Positions 61,771 through 64,000 of a stretch of 64,000 nt of DNA are shown here, one piece after another. Made by a program: the position numbers and the translations under genes. Position 1 is the first letter of the stretch. The number at the start of each line of letters is the position of its first letter. Below the pieces are notes generated by a model, which was not told the DNA's origin, made no database searches, and saw nothing but the letters and a program-made list of their open reading frames with translations. This stretch comes from Candidatus Altimarinota bacterium (GTDB lineage Bacteria; Patescibacteriota; Gracilibacteria; Peribacterales; Peribacteraceae), in NCBI GenBank assembly GCA_963694385.1, contig CAVOCY010000001.1:2186-66185 (forward strand). The letters run 5' to 3'.

Positions 61771-64000
61771 TTGTCGCTTGTGGCTGTAGAGATATCCTCC
61801 AATCATTACGAGCGAGAGGAGTGTGACTATCGGTAGTGTCTGCTGTGAGGTCCGGACAGTGCTGAGGAGGGATGCTACAATGGAGGAGTTCGTTGGTTCC
61901 ATCACTGTAAGTCCTAATGCTTTTCGGTACGCGTACAACGCACTTTCTGTAAAAGCTGTATCACTTTCTTCTAAAAAGGAAATAGGATCATCCAAATCCC
62001 ATTCAGGCTCTTCCGAGTAACCGCCTGGGTTTAAGGCGTTGGGGATTTGATTCAATAATCGATATGCAGCAATCTGATCTACCAAATCTCGTGACTCTCC
62101 ACGAGCAATTAATTCATCAAGGAATGCTTTTCGTGCACCAAGATTGACAACACCATATTTAATGCAATCTGTGGCCCCTTGAGATGTATCCTGCAAAAGG
62201 AAATTTTCAATGTAATTCAAACGGGTTCGAGTGGGGTGACCACCAGTAGTAACTTGATTGTTTGTGCAGGTAAATTGCGATGAGAATGTTTCATCTTTTA
62301 AGCAAAATCCCTGTATGCAACCGTTGGGGCAATCTTTCCATATACCAGGAATATTAGGATATCGTGCGGCGTCTTTCTGATCTTGTACATTGTAAGAATG
62401 GAGAGGTGGGTGGTCTTCTCCTATGCAAGAGGGCTGATTGACGAAGCAGGGCTTTGCCCCGGTACCAGCGCATGAGTCTACTGCATACCCTATTTTTGTA
62501 CCTAACCCGATGTCTGCAGTAAAGCATGAATCTCTAATAACGTTCTTTATGAGTGTCTTTGAATCATCAGGATACCTAGAAGCATACAATTTTTTGCTAG
62601 GATACCGTTCCGTTGCAATGCTTCCTGGGAACGCGGTCAGATTATCTGGATCACTGTCTTTGCAGGATCTGTAAGCCCCTTGGCAAACGTGCAGTACTTT
62701 TCCTGGTTTTAAACTACTTGGCTCTCCAAATTCTATTTTAAGTCCGATTCCACTGCTATATGTATTGCATGTTGGCTTGCTCATGAAATGATTAATACAC
62801 TCTGGCGCGGAATCTGCAAAATCAAATGTTCCAGATGCTTGTGTCGCAGTTCTTGTTCTAATCAAGTTACATGAACGCCTCTCGCCTCTGCAATACGTTG
62901 TATTCCCATACGATCGCATATCCCTTCGATACACCACCTTGCCATCGATATGATCTGGACACCACGTCGCCGCTAACGTTTCACACTCCTGTCTATCAGG
63001 AACATCTGTTATATGGTCGACATCGTATTCTTCAGTAACAAAGACACAAAGAGCCATTTGACTACTACTTGAGCTACTGGAAGCAGCAACAATTGGCCGA
63101 ACTACTGGTGGATCTGTTGGCAGAGTAAACTGTGCGGAAGGATCTCCTACATATTTACACTGCGTCTCGAAGTCGTCTCTTCGGCGCACAGAGAATGCAA
63201 TACCATCCTGAAGATGTGTGTAATATTCTTTAAAGTTCCATATGCTTCCTGTCCATGTGAAGTACTGCGTATTTCCGTACATATAGAGAATATCTTGATC
63301 GATCTTGAACCCATCGAGATTTAATGCACCAGGATTTGGAGATCGAGAGACTTCTTGTACAGAGAATCCATTGTAGTAAAAGAACCTATACCAAAGGCCA
63401 TTGTTTCCTGAAACCCTTTTGCGAACCAACAGGTGAATCTTTCCATTGTGAGCAACGGCATCTTGAAGACTATAGGTATGTTGAATATTGCCCTGAGTAT
63501 ATACTTCTGGCAAAAACTCGAAATCTTGGACAAATTCTGTTCCATTAAAGCGGTATGCTTTTTTCGCAATAAGATAGATTGTATCGTTAAAGACAACAAT
63601 CTTTGCGAGTGCATCTGGGATATCACCCACCTTCACAAAGGTATCATTTTCACGCTTGTACAGATTGGAGAAGACAGATCGATTCTGCCCAGTGCCTGAG
63701 CTGCCGTAAATTACAACGTAGTCTATTCCGTCGATGGTTTCCATATCGGTAACGTACGACTCACCGAGAGTTCTTTGTGGCACACCCTGATGTACCCACT
63801 CATTATTTACGTATTCGAATAGACCGTTGTTGAGTTCGGATTTATACAAGTGTTCATCAAGGTTAAACATTCTCTGACTTGATACGACAATTTCAGAATC
63901 GGTAATCTCAAACCCATCGAATGTACTAAGAGGAATAGGTGTTTCCATTATCGTCCAGTCTTGCGCGTCTCGACACTCAGCAAGTGTAAAGCGCTGATCT
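61768..64000 (-). CDS. Large Cys-rich surface protein with a C-terminal TM anchor (5' end probably outside the window)
   Basis: 726 aa from the first Met, but the frame stays open to nt 64000. The N-terminal part has beta-propeller/Kelch-like repeats. These are followed by a poly-Ser linker, a domain with more than 20 Cys, and a C-terminal hydrophobic anchor plus HKRQ. Confidence 0.7.
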   Translation of the reverse strand, partial: DQRFTLAECRDAQDWTIMETPIPLSTFDGFEITDSEIVVSSQRMFNLDEHLYKSELNNGLFEYVNNEWVHQGVPQRTLGESYVTDMETIDGIDYVVIYGSSGTGQNRSVFSNLYKRENDTFVKVGDIPDALAKIVVFNDTIYLIAKKAYRFNGTEFVQDFEFLPEVYTQGNIQHTYSLQDAVAHNGKIHLLVRKRVSGNNGLWYRFFYYNGFSVQEVSRSPNPGALNLDGFKIDQDILYMYGNTQYFTWTGSIWNFKEYYTHLQDGIAFSVRRRDDFETQCKYVGDPSAQFTLPTDPPVVRPIVAASSSSSSSQMALCVFVTEEYDVDHITDVPDRQECETLAATWCPDHIDGKVVYRRDMRSYGNTTYCRGERRSCNLIRTRTATQASGTFDFADSAPECINHFMSKPTCNTYSSGIGLKIEFGEPSSLKPGKVLHVCQGAYRSCKDSDPDNLTAFPGSIATERYPSKKLYASRYPDDSKTLIKNVIRDSCFTADIGLGTKIGYAVDSCAGTGAKPCFVNQPSCIGEDHPPLHSYNVQDQKDAARYPNIPGIWKDCPNGCIQGFCLKDETFSSQFTCTNNQVTTGGHPTRTRLNYIENFLLQDTSQGATDCIKYGVVNLGARKAFLDELIARGESRDLVDQIAAYRLLNQIPNALNPGGYSEEPEWDLDDPISFLEESDTAFTESALYAYRKALGLTVMEPTNSSIVASLLSTVRTSQQTLPIVTLLSLVMIGGYLYSHKRQ

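Noticed and set aside
1-64000. Alternative genetic code (UGA recoded, as in some CPR lineages)
   Set aside because: TGA terminates full-length conserved genes (e.g. nnrD, membrane paralogs 1 and 2), including ATGA/GTGA stop-start overlaps. The conserved genes show no in-frame TGA interruptions.

Overview
Bacterial chromosomal segment using the standard code (TGA is a stop, including in ATGA/GTGA stop-start overlaps). It is moderately AT-rich and tightly packed, with about 60 credible CDS plus tRNA-Trp(CCA) and tRNA-Arg(CCU). Most content is housekeeping or envelope: topA, uvrB, recJ, serS, metK (behind a SAM-I riboswitch leader), zwf-pgl, pyrF, murA, lspA, nusA, dnaJ, HU, galU, uppP, FtsQ, a PBP5-type DD-carboxypeptidase, two M23 peptidases, an amidase-SpoIID fusion and two GT4 glycosyltransferases. 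There are also many lineage-specific surface and membrane proteins: three tandem 570-580-aa membrane paralogs, an SLH protein, a TSP3-repeat protein and a Cys-rich anchored protein. The overall style suggests an uncultivated small-genome lineage (CPR/Patescibacteria-like), but that is inference only. I saw no rRNA, CRISPR, transposase or integrase. Two things stand out. (1) An accessory block at 13.6-22.0 kb holds a 1203-aa repeat-rich orphan protein followed by a visibly GC-richer cassette. The cassette encodes two HTH proteins and a 705-aa GHKL (Bergerat-fold) ATPase fused to two Ig-like domains. It has its own consensus promoter, structured leader and terminators, and ends in a 440-nt ORF-free tail. 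This is my best candidate for an undescribed system; its function is unknown. (2) Short tandem heptanucleotide arrays are pervasive. They usually occur as inverted pairs (array / loop / reverse-complement array) and occupy most of the longer intergenic spacers I examined, with locus-specific unit sequences. Related 20-35-nt heptamer arrays sit in open frame inside CDSs (both GT4 genes, zwf, the amidase, one membrane paralog). All coordinates and motifs were read by eye. GC content, identities and domain calls were not computed and need verification.
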